Below, piece by piece: positions 36,998 to 48,570 of a stretch of DNA of 51,443 nt. Where the stretch lies: positions 1 through 51,443 of the forward strand of contig JALMLS010000111.1 of assembly GCA_038496445.1 (NCBI GenBank). The letters run 5' to 3'. Numbering within the stretch: position 1 is the stretch's first letter; each line of letters begins with the position of its first letter. Source of the stretch: Trichosphaerium sp. ATCC 40318 (lineage: Eukaryota > Protista > Tubulinea). The notes beneath the pieces are model-generated. The model was not told the origin of the DNA. It saw nothing but the letters and a program-made list of their open reading frames with translations, and did not search any database. The translations under genes and the position numbers were made by a program.

Positions 36998-39900
36998 ATG
37001 ACCACAGAATTTTTACGTAAGTCGGAAGTTGATTACACAAAAACGTGGCTGGGTAGTTTTGAAGAAGGCCATTGGTATGTGAAGAAGAAGAAGGAGGGGT
37101 TGTTTTTATGTGGGTACGTACAGAAGGAAGTATATTTCCTGAGGACCTTAAAGTGTAATCGTTTTTGTTTAGGCCTAAGGGGTTCCGTTTTGGTCCCTTG
37201 GAGACTACAAAAGCAGTAGACGCTCCTGAAAAGAAGTGTGTCGTACTGTCGGCTACAGACGCGAAAATAATGGGGTTTGCTTACTCGACGCTGTATAAAC
37301 CAGACAAGGATAAGAAAGTGAAGAAAGGAATAAAAGAGCTACGCAAACTATCACGTGGCACGTTTGTAGGTACGCCAGTTTTTAGAGCAACAACTTGTTT
37401 ATTAGAGAGCGAAATTTGTTGTTGCAAAACACGTGTCATGTATCACGTGAGTGTTCGAACGACTATTGTTCGAAATATTGTTCGAAAAAACCACCTTTTG
37501 TAGTATTTTCGAACAAATTTTTTTTTAACAAAGCAACGCTTCTGTACCTTTACCATCGATTTTTGAACAACTAGTGAGCAGTCTGTTCGAAAGTTGTGTT
37601 ATTTTACTGTTTTTATCAAATTTTTCGAACAAAACGGGACTACTTTGTTCGAACACTTAGAAACTCCATATATTTGAATATTCCGATAGAAAAAAGGTTT
37701 TTACGTTAGCACAATTTTTTGATTAATGCAATTTTCGAACAAAACGTGCTTTAAAATTGCTTTTAATTTTTATGTGATTGTTGCTTACGTAAGATTTTAT
37801 AGCCACTCTACAGCGAATAATAGACGAAGATCGCGACAAACGAAACCGTACGTTGAACGGAGTTTTTCTGTTGTTTAGTAGACTTTTTCTGAAGTTACAA
37901 CGCTGATTATTTTTGTAGTTGCTGAATACAATAAAAAGGCGAAAGGGAAAAATGCTGTAGTGGTACGACGTGTTGCAATATGTCGCCAAACAGGAAAAAG
38001 ATTTTATTTTTTTCTCTTCTCACTTCACGTGCTCTTGTTGGCGCCTATTTGAGCTTGCTATGCTTGCTTTATAGCGACATATTTTCGAACAAATAGAACG
38101 CATTTGTAGTAGAATAGTTTTTTGGTTGACACGTTTGTTTAGCCTAAGGTTAGTGAAGCCGACGAAGAATTGGTTGTAAGTTGGGGAGTTTTTTCGTGCT
38201 GTTCTAATCTTGTTCTAGCTCGTCCTTCCATGGACTGTCTATATTCAATGGGATGGAGTTATTGCAACGTTTAAAGAAGGAAGAGATGCAGTAGTTGTAG
38301 CTGAAGATAAAGACAAGCTAACAACACTTGTGGTAACTCCAACCTGTTATGTTTACTGTTGATCGCTAACTGTTTTTGCAGAGCTACTTCTTTGCAAAGC
38401 CTACAGACTCCACTCCTAGTACCCTATTACAATGAATACTATACCATACCAACTAACATTCTTTAGAACCCAGGGCAATGCAAAGAAACATGAAAAAGTG
38501 GAATGGTGTATTCCCAAACAACTTTCTGGCAAAGGTACTTTTTTTGTCTTTAGTTCCGTTGTAGCCCCGTGGTTTTCAGTTTTATCATCACCATTTATCA
38601 TCAACATTTCACAAAAACCTTATCACATACAATACCAGTAAAGCTTCCACAGTGTGGTTGTGGAAGCACAGCTAACTTGAACGTAAAACTTGTTCAACAA
38701 AAAATTTTCACTTGAGTTGCAAAACTTCCTCCCAAGTAGTGATTGTAGTTAAGCCGTGTGACAAGAATCTAGATTGTATTATACTCTCTAATGACTACAC
38801 TTAACAGCTTCAAGCACAACTGTGGGAACTTTTTTTTTTAGCGAGGTTTGAAGCTCAAAACTGTTTTTGTCTAACTTTTTTTTTTATTACTTTCTTGTAA
38901 CAGCATGGACCGTTTTCTTACATCTTTTTAGGGAGGTCCATTCTCGTTCATGATAGACCAAGTATCAAACGCAAAGAAGCTCATATCAGAGATAAAACTT
39001 ATTAAGCCAGGGAACAGAATAATCTTGTACATGGCTTGTGGTCATTAACAACCATATTTTCACATTTTATTTTTCTGACTTTCTCATTTAGTACTAAGTG
39101 TGAGGTTCACACATTAATGTCTTTCTTCTTCCTTGGGTTCTTTGCAAAACAAAAGGACACTAAGATGAGCAGAGTATCAGAATTCAATGCAGGTGCATGG
39201 GTATTCTCTACACTTGTACAAAGACAACTTGTTGTTGCATTGACACATTACTTCAACCAATACAAGAATGTTTCAGACTTCAAAGATGATGATAAGGACG
39301 TAATAATCAGGTGGCTACAGTTGATACCTAAAGGTAAAATAGTAGATAGATAGTACATATGTAATTGTTAACATTAGAAGATGCTACAGGAACACCTCCA
39401 AATGTCCAAAAAAGTTGTGTTTTTGATGAACCTGATTGGGAGAATTCAAACCAACAACTTTGTGATCTTCAAGGTACAAGGTTTAAATTGTTTCATGGTC
39501 AACATATTTCATCTTTTAACTCTTTGTTCAAGTGGACCTTGAAGGTGGTCTTGAGGATGTTGATGGATCTTCTAAGATATGCTTTGCTGATCCAACACCT
39601 GGTGGAACAATATTATCTAGCAGTGGTTTGGTATGACTATCTTTCAATTTCAAGTATTTTGTTTACTAACTTATTTTTCTTGCAGCATTGGACACAAGAG
39701 GTAGCATTGATATTTGGCTAGAAACTCTTCCCCATATTTACTTATTGATATCATAGGAATTAATGATGGGTATTTTCCCAGAGGTATTAATGATGTTAGC
39801 GATAATACCGCACATTGATGACACGTGAGTCAAAACGACTTTTTCGTTTTGTTTGATGGAACTTTTTATCTTCATTGTTACTGAAACGTTTACTTTAAGG

Positions 39901-40719
39901 CAAGCTTGGTGTGTATCCAATGTGAATCGTTGTAGTGATTACAAAGGATATGATAGAAAGTTTAGGATCCAAAAGGAACCATCTAAGAATAACGACCTTC
40001 ATGAACTTATCGGCATTGATGGTAACTTTACTGTTTTTTTTTTGAATTTCATTAGCCGATTTTTTCAACCTTAACATTGTCATCATTGGCTGTTACTACT
40101 TGCTAATACCTTTCGTTTAGCAACAGTATTTGGGTCCAAAACAAAGGTAATGTGTTTCTTGTTTTCACCAAGTTGCATCTAAGAATATTTTAGGAAAGTT
40201 TATTGCGTGAATGTAACAAGGCTTACCTTGGATTTTCTTCAAGCTCAAACGACGTAATCGCCACTGGACATTGGTAAGCGCATAACAATTAGTAGCCATT
40301 GTACTTACCAATATCAAAGGGGCGGTGGTGTATTCAAGGGTGACAAAACAGTTAAAGCACTCGTTCAACTCATTGCCGCATCTCAAGGTAAGTTTTTTAT
40401 CACAAAGTTTTTGAAGAACGACTCACTTATATGCATCGCAGCAAGAAAAAAGCTTGTCTACAAAGCTTTCCGTGATGCTGATTTTAAAGATGGTCTGGAC
40501 AAAACATACAAGATGTTAGTTGACAATAAAGTGACAGTAAGCTCATACACATTCAACTAATTTGAAGTATTACTTTTTGATGTTTTTTTTTTCAAGGTGA
40601 AACAATTGTATAAGTTGGTAGAGGAGGCTACAGGAGAACTAAAGAAGGCTTCCAAGCACAAGGACCCAGTGTTGTGTGGATTTGCTTTAATTCAACATTT
40701 GATAACAAAGATGTTATAA
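36998..40719 (+). CDS. PARG: Poly(ADP-ribose) glycohydrolase-like protein (divergent PARG), full copy, many exons
   Basis: Spliced: EGGLEDVDGSSKICFADPTPGGTILSSSGL|HWTQE|ELMMGIFPEVL...CSDYKGYDRKF...ELIGIDA...LLRECNKAYLGF...IATGHW|GGGVFKGDKTVKALVQLIAASQARKKLVY. This matches canonical PARG motifs (QEE, YxGY, AIDA, RElNKAYxGF, ATGNWGCGxFxGD, K-x-L-x-Q). Confidence 0.88.
37451..37656. mobile_element. Possible MITE in PARG intron 2, TTCGAA-rich
   Basis: Terminal inverted GTGTTCGAAC...GTTCGAACAC, multiple internal TTCGAA(C) units, flanked by TGA/TTA. Confidence 0.4.
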
Positions 40720-40804
40720 GCGTTCAATCAAACGCTCTATTGAGGACAGATTTATCTAAACAAAAGCACTGATATATATTTATACTTTACTTAGAAATAC
40801 ATAG

Positions 40805-41720
40805 AATATTACTGCTTGCCCCCAATAAAGGACATGATTATGTGGTAAAAGTATTACTTGAATCAGGAGCCAACATTGAAGCTAAAATACTATGGCCACA
40901 ATGTGGTTAAAGTATTACTTGAATCAGGAGCCAACATTGAAGCCAAAGAAAACAATGGATGTACTGCTTAAATTATTGCAGGCCAGTAATGATGTTGTTA
41001 TGTTTAAAGTGCATGTGAGTAATAGTGTTGTTATGCTTAAAGAGCATGTTAGTAATGTTTTTGTTACTTAAATCAAGAGCCAACATTGAAGCCAAAATAC
41101 TATGGCCATAATGTGGTTAAAGTATTACTTGAATCAGGAGCCAACATTGAAGCCAAAGAATACAATGGATTTACTTCTTTAATTATGCAGTATGCCCATT
41201 TTGTGTTTTAGATTCAATGTTGGCTCCTGATTCAAGTAATACTTTTATCACTTTATCATGTCCATAATACGCAAATAATTAAAGTGTATGCAAGTAACAG
41301 ATGTTGTTATATTTAAAACATTATCATACCTGCATTAATTAAAGCAGTACATCCATCGTCTTCTATGGCTTCAATGTTGGCTCTTGATTCAAGTAATACT
41401 TTAACTACTTTATCATGTCCTTTATCGGCTAACAATTAAAGCTAATGTGAGTAACATATGTTGTTATGTTTAAAACATAGTTATCTTTGGCTTCAATGTT
41501 GGCTCCTGATTCAAGTAATACTTTTATCACATTATCGTCTCCTTCAAGGGCTAACAATTAAAGTGTATGTGAGTAACAGATGTTGTTATATTTAAAACAT
41601 TATCATACCTGCAATAATTAAAGCAGTACATCCATTGAATTGTTTGGTGTCAACGTTCAATCTTGATTGTATTCATAACATTACAATAACTTGGAGATTA
41701 TTGCAAGCTACAAATTGGGT
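40805..41720. pseudogene. Ankyrin-repeat exon relics in both orientations
   Basis: GHDxVVKVLLESGANIEAKxxNGCTALIIA units on + (40815-41185) and - (41185-41700), with a recurring intron gtatgataatgttttaaa...aattgttag; stops and deletions present. Confidence 0.8.
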
Positions 41721-42950
41721 TGACTCAACTGTTGGTACATACAAAATTGAATAGAATAGAATGTCTTCTGTGCCTCAAAAGAAAAGTTTTTGTTTCAGCG
41801 CATCACCTAAAGGAACAGCGTTTTTAAAAAAAGAGAACGTGTTTATACCAAGAGAGGTGTATTTGCTTTGATGCTGAGCTAATTCGGCTATTGAAGAATT
41901 TTTAACATAACCTGTAAAGGATAGTTACATTTTCTTACTCTTGCCTTTTTTGTCAACACACCAGAAACTGGCTTATCATGCTTTAAAAAAGCTGTAGATT
42001 GTAGTGCGAAGGTTTTTAGGGCGTATTTGCTACTGTGCATATAATGAGGAATTTCGACTTGTAAAAACTTGAACATAAAAATAATATGTTTCAGAGATTG
42101 GTCTTTTTTTGGTTTATTTTTACTCATAACTTTTCACTTGTAATCGTAATTTACATGTAAATGTTGTTAGTGAACTACTGAGGCTTAAACTATGTTTTAT
42201 TAAGTTTACAAGGTTGTTAATAACGACAGTTGGCCGTCACAGTGATTGAAAAAAAAACCAATTGATTCACTTCTATTGATGAGAGCCTACTGAGCACTTT
42301 CTAAGGCCTTTAAAGTATAACGTTGCAAAAGCAGCTTTAAACAACGTTTCAATGTATCCGAAGAGGTTGTATAAGGACCAATACCAAGTGGTGATCTTTT
42401 TTTGTATTATGACTGTATTGTGCAACCAATAAATAAAGTGTTTTTGAATGAGTTACGATTTGCGAGTGAGCGTAAAAAAACTAAACCCAAAACTAAGTCC
42501 ATTCTTTGAAACCATAAAGTTTTACTCTCAGCTTTTTACGAGTAATTCCTTAATGTAGTCTTAAATGTTTTTCCATCAAAAACTCTACACAAGTAGTGGT
42601 TTTGAAAGCTCTCTTACCAAACATTGGCTTTATCTCCCATACAACTGTAACAAAAAAAATTTATAGAAGTCGAAACCGTTTTCATAACATCACTAGCTTA
42701 TTAGAGATCCTTCCACACGCGTTAGAACGTTTCTTGTAACACTACCAGAGAAACGTTTTCCGGTTGTATTCGAAAGTCAGTCCAAAAGCTTGTAGCCAGC
42801 TTATGTACATACAGGAGTAAATGGTTTCATCTGGGTTTTTTTGTTGTTTTATGGTTCCTGCCACGAAAGTGTACACCTTGTTTGCATGCACACAGTGAGT
42901 AGGTCAATATATAAGGGCCCTTTGGACCGTTTACCAACCAGTTTTTGTGT

Positions 42951-43211
42951 CGGACCCACGTTTTTTCCGAATTTTTCGAAAGAAAAAATTCGAAAAAATA
43001 GAATTCAATACAAAAACCGAATGCCTATACCCACCAATGGATCACTATATGTGAGCGAAGGTCGGGTTCTAGTTCCGAGCACAGCGAGGACCCGACCGTA
43101 AGTGAACCAGGCGCTTTCTAGTTTAGTGGACTGCCCTAGCTATACATCTTTCTACGAATTCTATTTTTTCGAATTTTTGTTTTCGGAAAATTCGGAAAAA
43201 ACTATGGCCCC
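42951..43211. mobile_element. MITE copy 1 (261 bp), ~55-bp TIRs, 8-bp TSD TTTTGTGT
   Basis: TSD at 42943-42950 and 43212-43219; TIR core gttttttccgaatttt(t/c)cgaaa..aaaaattcgaaaaaatagaattc. Confidence 0.92.
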
Positions 43212-43504
43212 TTTTGTGTTTCGGTCCGAGACCGGTATTTCTGCCATCTCTACTCCTTTGTGCGCACGTGATTTTAGAGGATAAGTAATGTATGTATTGG
43301 TTTCTTTGCTGAATAGGAACTCCGAATACATGTTCGAATTGTTACGCGACTTAAAAGTATCCGTCGGACGGATACCTGATGCTACCTACAACTGCTATAT
43401 GCCAGGTGAAGCTTATGATTGATTGATTATTCCCTTTAAGTGAACAAGGTTTTATGATAAGTAATAGCGAATTGAAATGACCATTCTTTCATTTCACAAA
43501 CAAA

Positions 43505-44547
43505 ATGATAGGCTTACGAAAGTCCGCCAAGTATAAGAAATATGATTTAGAGTGGCTTGGCACTTGTTTAGACGAAGGCTGGTATATAAAGAAAGAGAAA
43601 AAGGGTTTATTCCTATGCGGGTGCGTATGAGATCTCTCGGAACGTCCGGACGTTTCGTAAGACTTTTTTTTTTAATCGTTTATTTTTTTTCCAGATCAAA
43701 ATCCTTTGGGTGGGGTCCCTTGGAACGTGTTGAGTCATATGACGCTGCAGGAAAGAAATGTATTATATTTGAAGCTATTGCTCCCGGGATTATTTGTTTC
43801 GACTATGCTAAGGTCAACAATAAGAAGATGTTGAAGGAACTGCGTGAAATATCTACACGTGGGAAATTAGTTGGTAATGCAGTTTATTGAAACTAGAACG
43901 ACACGTGATGTCGCGTTATAATAATATCATGGCGTTGTTGATGCTAGTATTATATCGTTTTTTTTACAGACGCCGGATAAACAGAAAAGGAAAAAACTGA
44001 AGTTTGTTTTAGGCTGTTTTCAACCACGTGGTTGGTTTTTTATTTTGTTTTTGCGATCAAGATTACTCTTTTCTTTATGATTGTACATTTATGCCTTTAA
44101 CCTAATGTTGTGTTTTTTTAGCTTCGCTGGGGAAACTTATTAGCGAAGAGCTTGATAAAAGGAATCGTACGTGTTTGCTTGTTTTGAATTGTTTTTTTTT
44201 AATTTTTTATTGTGTTTTTTTTTTGACATTACGCTAACTCTTCGTCTTTAGGTGCTGCGTATAATAATAAGAAAGATAAAAAAACTACTGTACGTCATAA
44301 CGGTTTTTTAGTAGTGATAAAGAAGAGTTTTTTCGGGTTTTTTTTGTAACGCACGTGTTAGGTTAAAGCGAAAGAAGACACTCTTGAGGTATGTTTGTTT
44401 TTTTCTAGGTTTCGTTTTGTTAGCTCATTAATTTCTTTTAGCTTCTCCTTCCATGGCAAATCTATATTCAATGGGACAGTATTATTCAATATTTAAAAAA
44501 ATCTAGAGATTCAGTTGTTAATGCTAGTGATGATACCAAACTGGCTG
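43505..44547 (+). pseudogene. Diverged PARG paralogue, N-terminal exons only, truncated at the right inverted repeat
   Basis: MIGLRKSAKYKKYDLEWLG..GWYIKKEKKGLFLCG|SKSFGWGPLE..KELREISTRGKLV|..ISEELDKRN|..LLLPWQIYIQWD aligns with copy 1 (LRKS..WLG..WYVKKKKEGLFLCG|..GPLE..IDEDRDKRN|..LVLPWTVYIQWD) with the same intron positions. Confidence 0.8.
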
Positions 44548-45100
44548 TGTTTCGGTACCATTCAACAAATAAACACCAACACATTACGAATTCTTAAGCA
44601 GTACGTATTTACCGATTCTCTAAAATCACGTGCGCAAAGTTGTAGATGTTCGAAATACAAATCTCGTACCGAAACACAAATTGGTTCGTATACGGTCCAA
44701 ATGGTCCGCTGTAACAACAATCCCAGAGGCCCTATCTGTATGTACATAAGGTGATGATAGTGATAATTTTTCTCACTTTCACTAAAATATTTCAAAAACC
44801 GTTCGTTAAGCCCAATGTTTGTTAAAGTGGCTTGAAAAAGAGACCTTTCAAAACAACTTGTAGAGATTTTGATGTTAAAGCGATTAAGACTACTTTTAAA
44901 GTAGCTGGTTCAAAAAGGAGCCAACAACTAACAAGTTCACTGAATGAGAAGACAAGCTTGTAATTATCATAGGACCGGTTACAGACTGAAAACCGATATC
45001 TTGCCAGACCAGTATTGAACCAATATTTGCTACCTCTACAAAGCGCTAACAATAAAAGGCATAAACTCGAGAAATGATCTATTTCGAAGTAGAATAGACT

Positions 45101-45500
45101 ATGCACACTATCTATTTGCATTAGTGTAACGTAACAGATGAGGGTATGAAGGTTGATGGGCGGACCCACGTTTTTTCCGAATTTTTCGAAAGACAAAATT
45201 CGAAAAAATAGAATTCGATACAAAAACCGAATGCCTATACCCACCAATGGATCACTATATGTGAGCGAAGGTCGGGTTCTAGTTCCGAGCACAGTGAGGA
45301 CCCGACCGTAAGTGAACCAGGCGCTTTCTAGTTTAGTGGACTGCCCTAGCTATGCATCTTTCTACACTTTCGAATTTTTGTTTTCGGAAAATTCAGAAAA
45401 AACTATAGCCCCTTGATGGGTGCTCATCAATTAATTTACCTTAGAGATGGCAAATAATGAGTTGAAGGCTCTATCAGGAGCACATACTAACAACCTACGA
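45101..45500 (+). pseudogene. Decayed AGVHTI-family LRR relic interrupted by MITE copy 2
   Basis: MHTIYLH*CNVTDEGMK before the MITE; LMGAH and ELKALSGAHT after it. Confidence 0.65.
45161..45412. mobile_element. MITE copy 2 (252 bp), 8-bp TSD TTGATGGG
   Basis: Near-identical to 42951-43211 in the same orientation; TSD at 45153-45160 and 45413-45420. Confidence 0.92.
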
Positions 45501-45784
45501 CTTGGTAGCAGACGACAGTGTCAACTCCAGCTTTTTTTTAGCAAAAAGTTTTGTCAGTGGTTGAGTATTTTCCGTTATGTTAATGTCAATAGAGCCGCAT
45601 GACTTGTAGAATAACCTAAACGACGTATGTATATTTTCAAAATAAACAGTGGGGCTTATGTTGAGTTGAAGGTACATCTTTATTTACAAAAAATCCTATA
45701 TGTATGACAGACAATGTATGTATTTCTAGGTAAAGTGATTTTGTACTACTTGTTTAGATATCAATAGAGAGTTTGATTGAATGC

Positions 45785-48570
45785 TTACAACATCTTTGTT
45801 ATCAAATGTTGAATTAAAGCAAATCCACACAACACTGGGTCCTTATGCTTGGAAGCTTTCTTTAGTTCTCCTGTAGCCTCCTCTACCAACTTATACAATT
45901 GTTTCACCTTGAAAAAAAAAACATCAAAAAGTAATACTTCAAATTATTTGAATGTGTATGAGCTTACTGTCACTTTGTTGTCAACTAACATCTTGTATGT
46001 TTTGTCCAGACCATCTTTAAAATCAGCATCACGGAAAGCTTTGTAGACAAGCTTTTTTCTTGCTGCGATGCATATAAGTGAGTCGTTCTTCAAAAACTTT
46101 GTGATAAAAAACTTACCTTGAGATGCGGCAATGAGTTGAACGAGTGCTTTAACTGTTTTGTCACCCTTGAATACACCACCGCCCCTTTGATATTGGTAAG
46201 TATAATGGCTACTAATTGTTATACGCTTACCAATGTCCAGTGGCGATTACGTCGTTTGAGCTTGAAGAAAATCCAAGGTAAGCCTTATTACATTCACGCA
46301 ATAAACTTTCCTAAAATATTCTTAGATGCAACTTGGTGAAAACAAGAAACACGTTACCTTTGTTTTGGACCCAAATACTGTTGCTAAACGAAAGGTATTA
46401 GCAAGTAGTAACAGCCAATGATGACAATGTAAATGTTGAAAAAATCAGCTATTGAAATTCAAAAAAAAACAGTAAAGTTACCATCAATGCCGATAAGTTC
46501 ATGAAGGTCGTTATTCTTAGATGGTTCCTTTTGGATCCTAAACTTTCTATCATATCCTTTGTAATCACTACAACGATTCACATTGGATACACACCAAGCT
46601 TGCCTAAAAGTAAACGTTTCAGTAACAATGAAGATAAAAGTTCCATCAAACAAAACGAAAAAGTCGTTTTGACTCACGTGTCATCAATGTGCGGTATTAT
46701 CGCTAACATCATTAATACCTCTGGGAAAATACCCATCATTAATTCCTATGATATCAATAAGTAAATATGGGGAAGAGTTTCTAGCCAAATATCAATGCTA
46801 CCTCTTGTGTCCAATGCTGCAAGAAAAATAAGTTAGTAAACAAAATACTTGAAATTGAAAGATAGTCATACCAAACCACTGCTAGATAATATTGTTCCAC
46901 CAGGAGTTGGATCAGCAAAGCATATCTTAGAAGATCCATCAACATCCTCAAGACCACCTTCAAGGTCCACTTGAACAAAGAGTTAAAAGATGAAATATGT
47001 TGACCATGAAACAATTTAAACCTTGTACCTTGAAGATCACAAAGTTGTTGGTTTGAATTCTCCCAATCAGGTTCATCAAAAACACAACTTTTTTGGACAT
47101 TTGGAGGTGTTCCTGTAGCATCTTCTAATGTTAACAATTACATATGTACTATCTATCTACTATTTTACCTTTAGGTATCAACTGTAGCCACCTGATTATT
47201 ACGTCCTTGTCATCATCTTTGAAGTCTGAAACATTCTTGTATTGGTTGAAGTAATGTGTCAATGCAACAACAAGTTGTCTTTGTACAAGTGTAGAGAATA
47301 CCCATGCACCTGCATTGAATTCTGATACTCTGCTCATCTTAGTGTCCTTTTGTTTTGCAAAGAACCCAAGGAAGAAGAAAGACATCAATGTGTGAACCTC
47401 ACACTTAGTACTAAATGAGAAAGTCAGAAAAATAAAATGTGAAAATATGGTTGTTAATGACCACAAGCCATGTACAAGATTATTCTGTTCCCTGGCTTAA
47501 TAAGTTTTATCTCTGATATGAGCTTCTTTGCGTTTGATACTTGGTCTATCATGAACGAGAATGGACCTCCCTAAAAAGATGTAAGAAAACGGTCCATGCT
47601 GGTACAAGAAAGTAATAAAAAAAAAAGTTAGACATAAACAGTTTTGAGCTTCAAACCTCGCTAAACAAAAAGTTTACAATGTTGTGCTTGAAGCTGTTAA
47701 GTGTAGTCATTAGAGAGTAAAATACAATCTAGATTCTTGTCACACGGCTTAACTACAATCACTACTTGGGAGGAAGTTTTGCAACTCAGGTGAAAATTTT
47801 TTGTTGAACAAGTTTTACGTTCAAGTTAGCTGTGCTTCCACAACCACACTGTGGAAGCTTTACTGGTATTGTATGTGATAAGGTTTTTGTGAAATGTTGA
47901 TGATAAATGGTGATGATAAAACTGAAAACCACGGAGCTACAACGGAACAAAAGACAAAAAAAAAGTACCTTTGCCAGAAAGTTGTTTGGGAATACACCAT
48001 TCCACTTTTTCATGTTTCTTTGCATTGCCCTGGGTTCTAAAGAATGTTAGTTGGTATGGTATAGTATTCATTGTAATAGGGTACTAGGAGTGGAGTCTGT
48101 AGGCTTTGCAAAGAAGTAGCTCTGCAAAAACAGTTAGCGATCAACAGTAAACATAACAGGTTGGAGTTACCACAAGTGTTGTTAGCTTGTCTTTATCATC
48201 AGCTACAACTACTGCATCTCTTCCTTCTTTAAACGTTGCAATAACTCCATCCCATTGAATATAGACAGTCCATGGAAGGACGAGCTAGAACAAGATTAGA
48301 ACAGCACGACAAAAAAAACCCCAACTTACAACTAATTCTTCGTCGGCTTCACTAACCTTAGGCTAAACAAACGTGTCAACCGAAAAACTGTTCGACTACA
48401 AATGCGTTCTATTTGTTCGAAAATATGTCGCTATAAAGCAAGCATAGCAAGCTCAAATAGGCGCCAACAAGAGCACGTGAAGTGAGAAAAAGAAAAAAAT
48501 CTTTATCCTATTTGACGACATATTGCAACACGTCGTACAGTTACAGGATTTTTCCCTTTCGCCTTTTTAT
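45785..48570 (-). pseudogene. PARG copy 2, 5'-truncated (left palindrome arm); catalytic exons appear intact
   Basis: Reverse complement of about 37930-40719 with few substitutions; stop at 45785-45787; begins inside exon 4. Confidence 0.75.

Larger units (their letters stand above)
42915..44707. mobile_element. Pair of imperfect ~150-bp inverted repeats enclosing a PARG 5' gene fragment (Pack-MULE-like); no TSD seen
   Basis: Left (after removing the MITE): gggccctttggaccgtttaccaaccagtttttgtgtttcggtccgaga...gcgcacgtgattttagagga. Right, reverse-complemented: ggaccatttggaccgtatacgaaccaatttgtgtttcggtacgaga...gcgcacgtgattttagagaa. Confidence 0.55.

Noticed and set aside
41750-42900. Possible transposase remnant
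   Set aside because: No DDE or other motif is recognisable; only short ORFs.
42841-45292. ORFs 42841..43101, 43102..43284, 44515..44795 and 44822..45292 as genes
   Set aside because: They run through MITE or inverted-repeat sequence and have no protein-like features.
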